NCBI GenBank assembly: GCA_036272575.1
Contig: DATAYL010000543.1
Coordinates: forward strand, 25,313-89,312
Length of the DNA: 64,000 bases
Direction: 5' to 3'
From: Bryobacteraceae bacterium
GTDB taxonomy: Bacteria > Acidobacteriota > Terriglobia > Bryobacterales > Bryobacteraceae
The position numbers and the translations under genes were made by a program. Shown here piece after piece: positions 56,806-64,000 of this stretch (position 1 is its first letter; each line of letters opens with the position of its first letter). The notes below the pieces were generated by a model, which was not told where the DNA came from, ran no database searches, and was given only the letters and a program-made list of their open reading frames with translations.

Positions 56806-57981
56806 GTGCAATTTCTGGTTTCTGCTGGCGAAGCGTCCGGTGACATGTATGCCGCCGGTGTCGTAAGCCACTTAGCGAAGGCGCTCCCCAACCTTGTTTA
56901 TTATGGATGCGCCGGTCCGAAGCTACGGCAGGCGGGCGTCAAATCCGTCGTCGATGCCTCGCAATTGGCCGTCGTCGGCCTGGCGGAAGTAGTAGAGCAT
57001 CTACCAAGAATCTACGGCGAGTACCGCAAACTTATCACCTATACACGGCAACATCGGCCGGTGGGCGCGTTGCTAACTGACAGTCCCGATTTTCATCTTC
57101 GTCTCGCTCGCCACCTGAAGCGATTGCAAGTGCCGGTGTTCTACTTGGTAGCTCCTCAAGTGTGGGCCTGGCGTCAGCATCGCGTGAAGGCGATCAGCCG
57201 GCTGGTCGATAAACTCTTCTGTCTTTTCCCATTTGAAGAAGAGTGGTTTCGAGATCGAGGGGTGGATGCCACCTATATAGGTCATCCGTTGGCGCACACG
57301 TTGGGCAACCCGGTAAAGCCGCGATCCAGCCGCGCTGAGTTTCTAAGTCTCCACGGACTTCCGGCGGATCAGCGGCTGATTGTCTTGTTGCCCGGCAGCC
57401 GGGCCGGTGAGGCCTGCCGTCACCTGCCAGTTTTGCTCGAAGCGGTTGCCCTGCTCCGCCAATCTCAGCGGCTATCGGTCATTCTTGCCACGCCACAAGG
57501 CTTCCAGACGCACGCGGCGCTGAAAAAATTCCGGGAACCAATTGAATCCCTGGCCATCAAAGTAATTGAAAACGAGACTTGGGATTGTATTAGGCATGCG
57601 GATCTCGCGCTGGCGGCAAGTGGAACTGTGACCATTGAGGCGGCCGTGCTCGGCACTCCCATGGTGACGTTTTATAAGGTGGCGCCACTCACCTGGCTTG
57701 CCGGGCGGCGTTTGGTAAAGGTTCCATTTTTGTCCATGGTCAACTTAGTCGCCGGCCGCGCCATTGTTCCCGAGTTGATCCAGCACGAAATGACCCCGGA
57801 GAAGATTGCCGCGGCGGCTCAGGCGCTGCTCGAGAATCGCAGACTGACGGATGCCATGCGCGGTGAACTGGCGGAAGTAAGGGCGACTCTCACACGGCAG
57901 GGCGATCCGCTGCAACGTGCTGCCGAGATCATTGCCGCCGCGATTCCGCGCCAGCGTGCCCTTTCCAGTCACGTTTTTTAA
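56806..57981 (+). CDS. lpxB: lipid-A-disaccharide synthase
   Basis: FLVSAGEASGDMYAAGV... (SAGEASGD is the LpxB N-terminal signature), PQVWAWR, SGTVTIEAA. GTG start. Confidence 0.9.
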   Translation: MQFLVSAGEASGDMYAAGVVSHLAKALPNLVYYGCAGPKLRQAGVKSVVDASQLAVVGLAEVVEHLPRIYGEYRKLITYTRQHRPVGALLTDSPDFHLRLARHLKRLQVPVFYLVAPQVWAWRQHRVKAISRLVDKLFCLFPFEEEWFRDRGVDATYIGHPLAHTLGNPVKPRSSRAEFLSLHGLPADQRLIVLLPGSRAGEACRHLPVLLEAVALLRQSQRLSVILATPQGFQTHAALKKFREPIESLAIKVIENETWDCIRHADLALAASGTVTIEAAVLGTPMVTFYKVAPLTWLAGRRLVKVPFLSMVNLVAGRAIVPELIQHEMTPEKIAAAAQALLENRRLTDAMRGELAEVRATLTRQGDPLQRAAEIIAAAIPRQRALSSHVF

Positions 57982-58021
57982 ATCCAGGTGTTGAACGAAA
58001 CCGGGAGACAATACAGTAAAG

Positions 58022-59980
58022 ATGATGCGGTGTCACAGATGGGCTTTTTTTCTCCTTCTGCTCTTGGCGGCTAGCAGCTGGGCTCAGGAAAAGCACGCGA
58101 CGATTCAGGTCCAGAAGTACACGATTGATGCGGTCATCAATCCCCGCACACAATCGATCACCTCGACCGCGAAAATAGACTTTACGCCGCTCGACAATCT
58201 GAATGAGGTCAGCTTTGAGCTCAACAACGCGTTAACTGTTTCGAAGGCGCTTGACGCCTCCGGCGGTAACTTAGCGACGTCGCGCAACACTCCGGATTTC
58301 ACAGTTCACATCAACTATCCGAATGGCTTAGTCAAAGGGCAGGCGACCCGGATTTCGATCAGTTACGACGGCAAGCTGACCGGCAACGAAGACTCTCCGG
58401 TGTCGGGGCTGAAGTTCGCCGCGCTTCATCCCGATTACGGCTACCTTCTTTATCCGGCGCGCTGGTTCCCGGTAAGCGGCTACACGGTTAACCGCTTCAC
58501 AGCCGATCTGCACATTACCACTCCTTCCGATTACCGAGTGATCGGCAGCGGTGATTTGAAAACCGATCCATCCAAAGACGGTCTCGTTTACTCGTTCCAC
58601 TACGACAAAGCCAGCTTTCCAGGGAGTATTGCGATTGTGAAAGGCGAGGGCACGCGAGTGAGCTCGCAAGGCATCACCTCGCAGATTTACTTTCGAGACA
58701 AGCAAGCTGCGGATGCACAGGCCTATGGCGAGGACACCGGAAAGATCATGACTTTTCTGACCGGCGCTTATGGTCTCGCTCCGCAGGCCAATCTCGCCTT
58801 GGTCGAAACCGAAGACGGAGCGGTGAACGGCTACTCCGCTCCGGGCATTATCTTTCTTGCTCCAGGTTCCATTACGAGCCAGGTCGCCACGCGCGTTCTT
58901 ACCAACCAGCTGTCGCGGCAATGGTGGGGCGTGCTGGTATCGCCTGTCAACCGGAACCACCTTTGGCTTGAAAATGGCGCCGCTCGTTATTCGGAACTGC
59001 TCTACATTGAGCACACCGGAGGTACGGGCGCCGCGGAAGCGGAGCTGAAGAATACATACACGGAAGCTTTGACGGTGAAGGATCCTCCTGTCATCCAGGC
59101 CGCGCGTTTAGAAGATTATTCCCCAGAGTATTGGGCGTTGACCGCAGCCAAAGGGGGCGCCATCTTTAATATGTTGCGCAGCGTGGTCGGCGACGCCAAC
59201 TTCAAAAAAGGCATGCACGGCTTCATCGATCAATATAGCTGGCAGTCGGTAAGCACAGAGATGTTCCGTAAGGCTATGGAGCAAGCGTCGGGCCAGGACC
59301 TCCGCTACTTCTTTATCCAATGGCTCGAATCGAGCGGCTCGCCTGAATTCAAACTTGACTACACGGTTTTTCGGACCCAGCAAGGCTTTCGCGTGGTCGG
59401 TAAGATCACTCAGGATCTCGACACGTTTCGCATGCCAGTCGATTTGCATATCGAAACGGAAGGCAACCCGGAGGATAAGGTCATCGAAGTCACCGGTACT
59501 TCTTCTGAATTCAGCGTGGACACTTTCGGCAAACCGCGTAAGCTGACGCTCGATCCTAAACACGTCTTGCTGCGCCTAGACCCAACGATGCAGATTGCCG
59601 TGGCCATCCGGCGCGGCGAGCAGTTTGTGGAGGTGAACGATTTCGCCAATGCTCTGCGCGAATACCAGCGCGCGCTTGAAGTGAACCACAATAGCTCTCT
59701 CGCCCACTACCGCATCGGTGAACTCTTCTTCAAACAGAACAATTACCAGTCTGCCGCTAACGAGTTCCGTGCCGCCATCAACGGGGACTTAGATCCGAAA
59801 TGGACTGAAGTCTGGTCCCATGTGAATCTCGGGAAGATTTTCGACGTGAACGGCGAACGCGATCGCGCGGTTAATGAATACAAGCTCGCCATCCGCACGC
59901 ACGATAATACGGGAGGCGCACAGGCGGAGGCCTCGCGCTACTCGATGAAACCGTACGAGCAGAAAAACTCTGAAATCTAG
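58022..59980 (+). CDS. M1-aminopeptidase-like protein with degenerate active site, fused to C-terminal TPR repeats (probable pseudo-peptidase)
   Basis: Signal peptide. The M1 fold is colinear, but GAMEN reads GAVNG, HExxH reads NQLSR (in NQLSRQWWG) and WLNEG reads WLENG. The C-terminus carries TPR-like repeats (ALREYQRALEVNHNSSLAHYRIGELFFKQNNYQSAANEF...). Confidence 0.75.
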   Translation: MMRCHRWAFFLLLLLAASSWAQEKHATIQVQKYTIDAVINPRTQSITSTAKIDFTPLDNLNEVSFELNNALTVSKALDASGGNLATSRNTPDFTVHINYPNGLVKGQATRISISYDGKLTGNEDSPVSGLKFAALHPDYGYLLYPARWFPVSGYTVNRFTADLHITTPSDYRVIGSGDLKTDPSKDGLVYSFHYDKASFPGSIAIVKGEGTRVSSQGITSQIYFRDKQAADAQAYGEDTGKIMTFLTGAYGLAPQANLALVETEDGAVNGYSAPGIIFLAPGSITSQVATRVLTNQLSRQWWGVLVSPVNRNHLWLENGAARYSELLYIEHTGGTGAAEAELKNTYTEALTVKDPPVIQAARLEDYSPEYWALTAAKGGAIFNMLRSVVGDANFKKGMHGFIDQYSWQSVSTEMFRKAMEQASGQDLRYFFIQWLESSGSPEFKLDYTVFRTQQGFRVVGKITQDLDTFRMPVDLHIETEGNPEDKVIEVTGTSSEFSVDTFGKPRKLTLDPKHVLLRLDPTMQIAVAIRRGEQFVEVNDFANALREYQRALEVNHNSSLAHYRIGELFFKQNNYQSAANEFRAAINGDLDPKWTEVWSHVNLGKIFDVNGERDRAVNEYKLAIRTHDNTGGAQAEASRYSMKPYEQKNSEI

Positions 59981-60177
59981 TGGTGAAGACCGTGGCAAAG
60001 AGCTTGGCGAGAAATCCTAGGGCTTTGAGCCATGCTCGGTATTGAAAATAATCAGCGTTTCAGCTGGGAAAATCGCACTATGTTTCAGGAACGTAATAGG
60101 AATGTCAGGGCACGTCATATTCCGCCAGAAAGCGTGCACTGGGTGATAACCTGAAAGAGAGCGGGAATGAGGAGATT

Positions 60178-60486
60178 TTGGACGATAGATTGAAAGAGTT
60201 GATGCAGGAGTTGGGTAACGCGATCAACGAATCTCTTTCCGATTCGGACCGCATTGCCGGGGCAATCGGCGAAATCAAACGAGCTGGCTACGATGTGTTC
60301 CTGGTCTTGGAAGCAACGATCGGGTTTAACAAACGGGAAGACGAAGACGCAGATAGCGATACAGAATCTCCGGAAGAGGCTGCTCGACCCGTCCGCTACG
60401 AGTCGACCGGGAAGATTCGCCTGACGTCGCAAGACCAGAAGTTTTTGCGAGCTCTTAAAATCTCAGTCGAAGAAGAAGGCAAGTAG
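60178..60486 (+). CDS. hypothetical small protein (about 100 aa)
   Basis: The ORF has a sensible composition and GGAG upstream of TTG 60178 (ATG at codon 9 is the alternative start). An acidic central linker is present. No family recognised; the antisense ORF 60115..60432 looks worse. Confidence 0.4.
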   Translation: MDDRLKELMQELGNAINESLSDSDRIAGAIGEIKRAGYDVFLVLEATIGFNKREDEDADSDTESPEEAARPVRYESTGKIRLTSQDQKFLRALKISVEEEGK

Positions 60487-60501
60487 AGTCTCGTCACCTC
60501 G

Positions 60502-60522
60502 GCAGACGACAACAACGTCTGC
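60502..60522. terminator. 7-bp stem / 7-nt loop hairpin between convergent genes
   Basis: GCAGACG-ACAACAA-CGTCTGC. No U-tract. Confidence 0.3.
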
Positions 60523-60557
60523 GCGAGCAGACGGGCCAGACTAAGTGGCATTTCCCC

Positions 60558-61589
60558 TCATCCGGTAAGTTCTTTGTACACCGCGTAGGTCTTATCTACC
60601 GCCTGCTGCCAACTGAATTCCTTTACTTTTACTTTTCCGGCTCTGATCATTTCCACGCGCAACCATTCCTGTTCCGCTAATCTTCGGAGCGCTTCGGCAA
60701 TGGCGGCCACACTGTGGGGATCGACCAGTAGGGCCGCGCCGCTTCCAATCTCTCGCAAAGCGGACGCATCGGCAGTGACTACCGGTATTTCCCATGCCAT
60801 GGCGTCAAGCACGGGCATGCCAAAACCTTCATCAAGCGACGGAAATGCAAAGATAGAGGCCCGTGAAAGAAGGCGATTCAAGCTTTCTTGAGCGATATAA
60901 CCGGTGACTTCGATCCGCTCACGGCTGGAGCTCTCGTGGATGCGAGCGAGTATTTCGGCAGCCTTGAAACCGTTTGGCGCGCCCGCCAAGACCAGCCGCC
61001 AGGGCGGAGGTAATGTCTCAAACGCTTCGACCAGGCGCGTCACATTCTTTCTGGCTTGAATTGCACCAACAAAAAGAATCAACGGTTCTCGACGTCCTTG
61101 AAGAGGACCAGGAGGCATCTGCACGCCGTGGGGAACCACACGAATCCGAGCTGGTTCGACAGTAAGCAGTTCCGAGACTTGCCGCGCCGTAAACTCAGAA
61201 ACGGCGATGATCAGATCCGCGCGATCCGCCGCCCGCCGCGCCTGTTCGGTAAAGCGCGCTCGAAACTCCGGCGACGAATATTCGCCCGTCATCACGAACA
61301 GATCATGAAAGGTAGCTACCACGTGACGTGCCGGCCGCTTCTCGATCCGTTGATTGAGCGCGTGAAACAAGTCCGCATGAAAGGTCGGCAGCGCAGGCAG
61401 AAGAATGCGATTGCTCACATTGGAGAAGGCGGAGCGGCGCGCCCGCCAATATTGCTTTGGCCGATAGCAGTGAATAAATTTTTCTTGCGGGTAGGCCGCC
61501 GCCAACCCGTCCAGCAGATGATTCGAGTAAACGGCAATGCCGCTCGGCTGGGAGTCAATGCTGTAAGTAGCGTCGAGCGCGAAGCGCAC
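60558..61589 (-). CDS. glycosyltransferase family 4 (GT-B, GT1-type C-terminal domain)
   Basis: VRFALDATYS...GIAVYSN, the typical GT4 start, and C-terminal ...FPSLDEGFGMPVLDAMA (EX7E region). Start set at GTG 61589; upstream codons are just the tandem repeat. Confidence 0.8.
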   Translation of the reverse strand: MRFALDATYSIDSQPSGIAVYSNHLLDGLAAAYPQEKFIHCYRPKQYWRARRSAFSNVSNRILLPALPTFHADLFHALNQRIEKRPARHVVATFHDLFVMTGEYSSPEFRARFTEQARRAADRADLIIAVSEFTARQVSELLTVEPARIRVVPHGVQMPPGPLQGRREPLILFVGAIQARKNVTRLVEAFETLPPPWRLVLAGAPNGFKAAEILARIHESSSRERIEVTGYIAQESLNRLLSRASIFAFPSLDEGFGMPVLDAMAWEIPVVTADASALREIGSGAALLVDPHSVAAIAEALRRLAEQEWLRVEMIRAGKVKVKEFSWQQAVDKTYAVYKELTG

Positions 61590-61597
61590 GTACCCAA

Positions 61598-61659
61598 TCT
61601 TACAGGGCCACCCTGGCACCCGAGTCTTACAGGGCCACCCCGCCACCCGAGTCTTACAG
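61598..61659. repeat. 27-bp tandem direct repeat, 2 full copies plus an 8-nt partial
   Basis: TCTTACAGGGCCACCCTGGCACCCGAG (61598..61624), TCTTACAGGGCCACCCCGCCACCCGAG (61625..61651), TCTTACAG (61652..61659). The last partial copy contains the TAA stop of the sigma-54 activator gene. Confidence 0.85.
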
Positions 61660-62640
61660 CCCGTACTCCTTCAACTTGCGATACAAGGTTGTCCGGCCGA
61701 TGCCCAGCATGGTGGCTGCCAGAGTCCGGTCGCCTTTGGTGTATTCGAGAGCCGACAAGATGGCTCGCCGCTCGACATCGGCCAGCGGCTCGATGCCTCG
61801 TGGCTCTAATCGATTGAGATTGCCCGCAAGCGGCAACAGTGAGTTTTCAGAAAATTCGCCGGATTCGAGTTTTTTATTCACGAGCGTAGTGGGGAGATCT
61901 CCGGGGCTGAGCCAAGGCCCGCTGTTCATTGCCACCATCCGCTGCACCGTATGTTCCAGCTCGCGAATGTTTCCCGGCCACTCATAATTCAGCAGTGCGC
62001 TCATGGTTTCTTCCGCCATGCGATGCGCATTACCGTGTCGTGCCAGAAAGTGCTCCACCAGCAACGGAATGTCTTCTCTCCGCTCCCGCAGGGGAGCGAG
62101 CCGCACACGCATCACGTTCAGACGGTAGAAAAGGTCCTGCCGGAAGCGTTTCGCTTCTACTTCCAATGCCAGATCCCGATTGGTGGCCGCAATCACCCGG
62201 AAGTTCGAACTCCTCTGGGCTAGTGCGCCCACCGCGCGATACTCCTTTTCCTGCAAGACCCGCAGCAACTTCATCTGCATCTCGAGCGGTAGTTCGCCGA
62301 TCTCATCGAAGAAGGCCGTTCCGCCATTAGCCGCGTCGAGCAATCCCAACTTTTGCGTATGAGCGCCAGTGAACGCGCCTTTGGCGTACCCGAATAATTC
62401 ACTTTCCATTAAAGGGCCGACCAGCGAAGAGCAATCGACCACTACAAATTGCCCGCGCCCTTCCAGGTTGTGAATCGCCCTGGCCACAACTTCTTTACCG
62501 GTTCCTGTTTCGCCTAAGATCAACACTGGAAACCGCGAGCGGCCCATGCGCGAGATCAGCCTATGCACCTGCTTCATCGCGGGCGATTCGCCAATCAGAG
62601 TTGATAACGGGGAAACTTCAAATGCGATTTGTGAAAGCAC
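61654..62640 (-). CDS. sigma-54-dependent transcriptional activator lacking an N-terminal sensory/receiver domain (PspF-like architecture)
   Basis: The AAA+ domain starts about 15 aa from the N-terminus: LIGESPAMKQV, GETGTGKE (Walker A), ESELFGYAKGAFTGA (GAFTGA), and a C-terminal Fis-type HTH (LGIGRTTLYRKLKEYGL). An in-frame TGA 3 codons upstream of the GTG start prevents extension. Confidence 0.9.
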   Translation of the reverse strand: MLSQIAFEVSPLSTLIGESPAMKQVHRLISRMGRSRFPVLILGETGTGKEVVARAIHNLEGRGQFVVVDCSSLVGPLMESELFGYAKGAFTGAHTQKLGLLDAANGGTAFFDEIGELPLEMQMKLLRVLQEKEYRAVGALAQRSSNFRVIAATNRDLALEVEAKRFRQDLFYRLNVMRVRLAPLRERREDIPLLVEHFLARHGNAHRMAEETMSALLNYEWPGNIRELEHTVQRMVAMNSGPWLSPGDLPTTLVNKKLESGEFSENSLLPLAGNLNRLEPRGIEPLADVERRAILSALEYTKGDRTLAATMLGIGRTTLYRKLKEYGL

Positions 62641-62713
62641 GAGGATTCAGCGGCGGAACCGCTCGTCTTCTTAGTAGCAGCAGAAGAGATAAACTCTCAG
62701 GCCGAATTCAGCC

Positions 62714-63493
62714 TTACCGCAGAGGTGTGCTCGCAGGCGCGGCGCTGGATGCACTTGCGCCAGCCGACGATCGCTCCGACACCGTATCCAGCCTCACCAC
62801 AAATGCGTTCCGGTGCTCAGCGGACAACGTACTGGCTATTTGCTGCGCTGCCTCAACAGACGGTTCTCTTCCCACCAGCACTCGCCAGAGCGGAACCGCA
62901 CCTTGCTTTACCGCGAGACTCGCGCTGCCAAATCTCGCGGCATACTCGGCTCGCAGACGCTCCGCGCTTTCGCGGCTCGCGAACGCCCCCGCCTGCGCCG
63001 CGTACCAATCCCTCGCGGGATTCTCCACTGGGGCGCTGACCACTTCGATTCGAACTTTCCCCACGCCTGGACCGAGCAGCCCAATCTGCCGGGCTGCCGC
63101 TTTAGATAAATCAATGATGCGGCCTTTCACAAATGGACCGCGATCGATGATCCGTACATTTACCGTTTGATCGTTCGCCAGATTAGTTACTTTTAACCAG
63201 GTGTTGAAAGGCATCGTACGATGCGCCGCGACCAGCGTCTCCATGTTGTAGATCTCGCCATCAGCGGCGGGGCGCCCGTGATAGGGGACCCCGTACCAGC
63301 TCGCTAAACCCTGCTCGGTGTATCCGGCCGGCAGCGCCGCGGACTGTTGCGCCTTCTTCGCGGGCGCCGGAGGAAGCCCGTTACGCGCGACGTGACGATG
63401 CCTGTGCGTACACCCCACGCCCGCGATCACGCAAATCAGAATGGGGCTGACGAATAACTTCGAGACTGAATTCATGCCCATCAGGCGCCGCAT
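62714..63493 (-). CDS. rlpA: septal-ring lytic transglycosylase RlpA family lipoprotein (DPBB + SPOR domains)
   Basis: GLASWYGVPYHGRPAADGEIYNMETLVAAHRTMPFNTWLKVTNLANDQTVNVRIIDRGPF (DPBB). The C-terminus WYAAQAGAFASRESAERLRAEY is SPOR-like. Lipobox-like IAGVGC. Start set at ATG 63493. Confidence 0.85.
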   Translation of the reverse strand: MRRLMGMNSVSKLFVSPILICVIAGVGCTHRHRHVARNGLPPAPAKKAQQSAALPAGYTEQGLASWYGVPYHGRPAADGEIYNMETLVAAHRTMPFNTWLKVTNLANDQTVNVRIIDRGPFVKGRIIDLSKAAARQIGLLGPGVGKVRIEVVSAPVENPARDWYAAQAGAFASRESAERLRAEYAARFGSASLAVKQGAVPLWRVLVGREPSVEAAQQIASTLSAEHRNAFVVRLDTVSERSSAGASASSAAPASTPLR

Positions 63494-63637
63494 TTCTCTT
63501 TTACGGTTCCGCAATTCGCCCTCATCATCGCACTTATTGAGCAGACGCGGAAGCGGTACGGGAGAGGTAAAACAAATTCCCGCCACTACGTTTAAGGTCC
63601 AAAAGTTCGCGTTCGAAGCTCTTTTGAATTTTTTTTC

Positions 63638-63666
63638 TTGACTTCTATTGCGAACAATCTTATATA
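63638..63666 (+). promoter_or_regulatory. strong sigma-70-type promoter candidate
   Basis: TTGACT (63638..63643), exactly 17 nt spacer, TATATA (63661..63666). It is preceded by the run AATTTTTTTTC, which is UP-element like. Confidence 0.5.
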
Positions 63667-63723
63667 TGAATCACGCTGCGATCTGTATAGATTGCAAATT
63701 TACGTTTAGGGAGAATCTAATTG

Positions 63724-63795
63724 ATGAAGAACGCAACTAAGAAAGCTACTGCTAAGAAGGCCACGAAAAAGGCCCCGGCAAAGAAGAAGAAGTAA
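63724..63795 (+). CDS. lysine-rich 23-aa micro-ORF (MKNATKKATAKKATKKAPAKKKK)
   Basis: Below the ORF-track size cut-off and found by eye. AGGGAGA lies 10 nt upstream of the ATG. Flanked by the promoter above and an intrinsic terminator below. Confidence 0.4.
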   Translation: MKNATKKATAKKATKKAPAKKKK

Positions 63796-63828
63796 ATTTA
63801 CCTCCCGCGCTAGCGGGACATCAACCTT

Positions 63829-63861
63829 CGCCCTCGGCTCTGCCCGGGGGCGTTTTCTTTT
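63829..63861 (+). terminator. intrinsic terminator
   Basis: CGCCCTCGG-CTCTGC-CCGGGGGCG (9-bp stem with one G.U pair), followed by TTTTCTTTT. Confidence 0.55.
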
Positions 63862-63884
63862 AGAGCCCTCCTTAGTTTTCCTCC

Positions 63885-63919
63885 CCGAAAAAGAAAAGGC
63901 GCCAGCTGAAGCTGGCGCC
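63885..63919 (-). terminator. intrinsic terminator for a minus-strand gene entering from the right edge
   Basis: GGCGCCAGC-TGAA-GCTGGCGCC is a perfect 9-bp stem at 63898..63919. On the minus strand it is followed by TTTTCTTTTTCGG. Two minus-strand frames are open from position 64000 down to stops at 63942..63949, so I cannot choose the frame of the partial gene. Confidence 0.5.
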
Positions 63920-64000
63920 GGTAAAATTTGCGATTGGCTTTCTAACCTATGGCAGTGTGTAGCGAACGTCGACCCAGTACATGTTGGTATGCGTGCCAGT

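Noticed and set aside
59993-60008. TGGCAA-N5-TTGGC, sigma-54 promoter-like sequence upstream of the small ORF 60178..60486
   Set aside because: The near-invariant -12 GC falls one position out of register (GG-N11-GC instead of GG-N10-GC) and the -12 reads TTGG. That is too weak to call without a matrix score or experimental support.
61614-61619. Exact TGGCAC (-24 element) inside the 27-bp repeat
   Set aside because: It is on the + strand, pointing into the 3' end of the minus-strand activator gene. No TTGC lies at the right spacing (TCTTA instead) and there is no downstream + strand gene.
61056-61817. 253-aa + strand ORF spanning the GT4/activator junction
   Set aside because: It is antisense to two well-supported genes and crosses the tandem repeat. 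The product is Arg-rich low-complexity.
1-64000. Looked for CRISPR arrays, IS elements, integrases, prophage or toxin-antitoxin modules and rRNA/tRNA genes
   Set aside because: I saw no regularly spaced repeats apart from the 27-bp duplication, no transposase or integrase-like ORFs, and no structured RNA gene signatures. The window looks like core chromosome rather than a mobile island.

Overview
This 64 kb window looks like ordinary chromosome from a moderately GC-rich Gram-negative bacterium. I saw no rRNA, tRNA, CRISPR array, integrase or transposase. The gene content suggests Acidobacteriota, which is an inference: a 1327-aa TonB-dependent-type outer-membrane protein with a CarboxypepD_reg-like N-terminus, a tricorn-like protease, many Tat/Sec-exported hydrolases, and a PIG-L giant protein. 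About 50 protein genes are supportable. Blocks, left to right: (1) an uncharacterised three-gene exported-protein operon; (2) a D-TA-family PLP enzyme, aspartate kinase, a glutaredoxin-like protein and an 81-aa hyper-acidic protein; (3) a minus-strand tricorn protease, giant TonB-type OMP and S10 carboxypeptidase locus; (4) an oxidoreductase, an orphan FliN/SpoA protein, an FAH-family enzyme and a DUF3011 protein; (5) a PIG-L giant protein and msrA; (6) an L-fucose locus (fuconate dehydratase, extended SDR, MetE-like protein, mutarotase, two GH29 fucosidases, IclR); (7) a GH38-like protein and a frameshifted acetate kinase; (8) DUF2267, dienelactone hydrolase and a PRTase; (9) uvrA, a CPBP protease and mtnA; (10) a DinB and WYL-regulator pair; (11) a tightly packed array of ferritin-VIT1, AhpD-like protein, ATP-dependent DNA ligase, TonB receptor and MrfA-like helicase; (12) UbiD, an MFS transporter and lpxB; (13) an M1-aminopeptidase homologue with every catalytic motif replaced; (14) a GT4 glycosyltransferase, a sensor-less sigma-54 activator and RlpA; (15) a free-standing lysine-rich 23-codon ORF with its own promoter and terminator. 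I did not find one clear-cut novel system. The best leads are the dead M1 peptidase, the ligase/receptor/helicase array, the acidic and basic micro-proteins, the non-canonical start of the S10 gene, the ackA frameshift and the MetE-like gene inside the fucose operon. All family calls come from my own motif recognition, with no database search.
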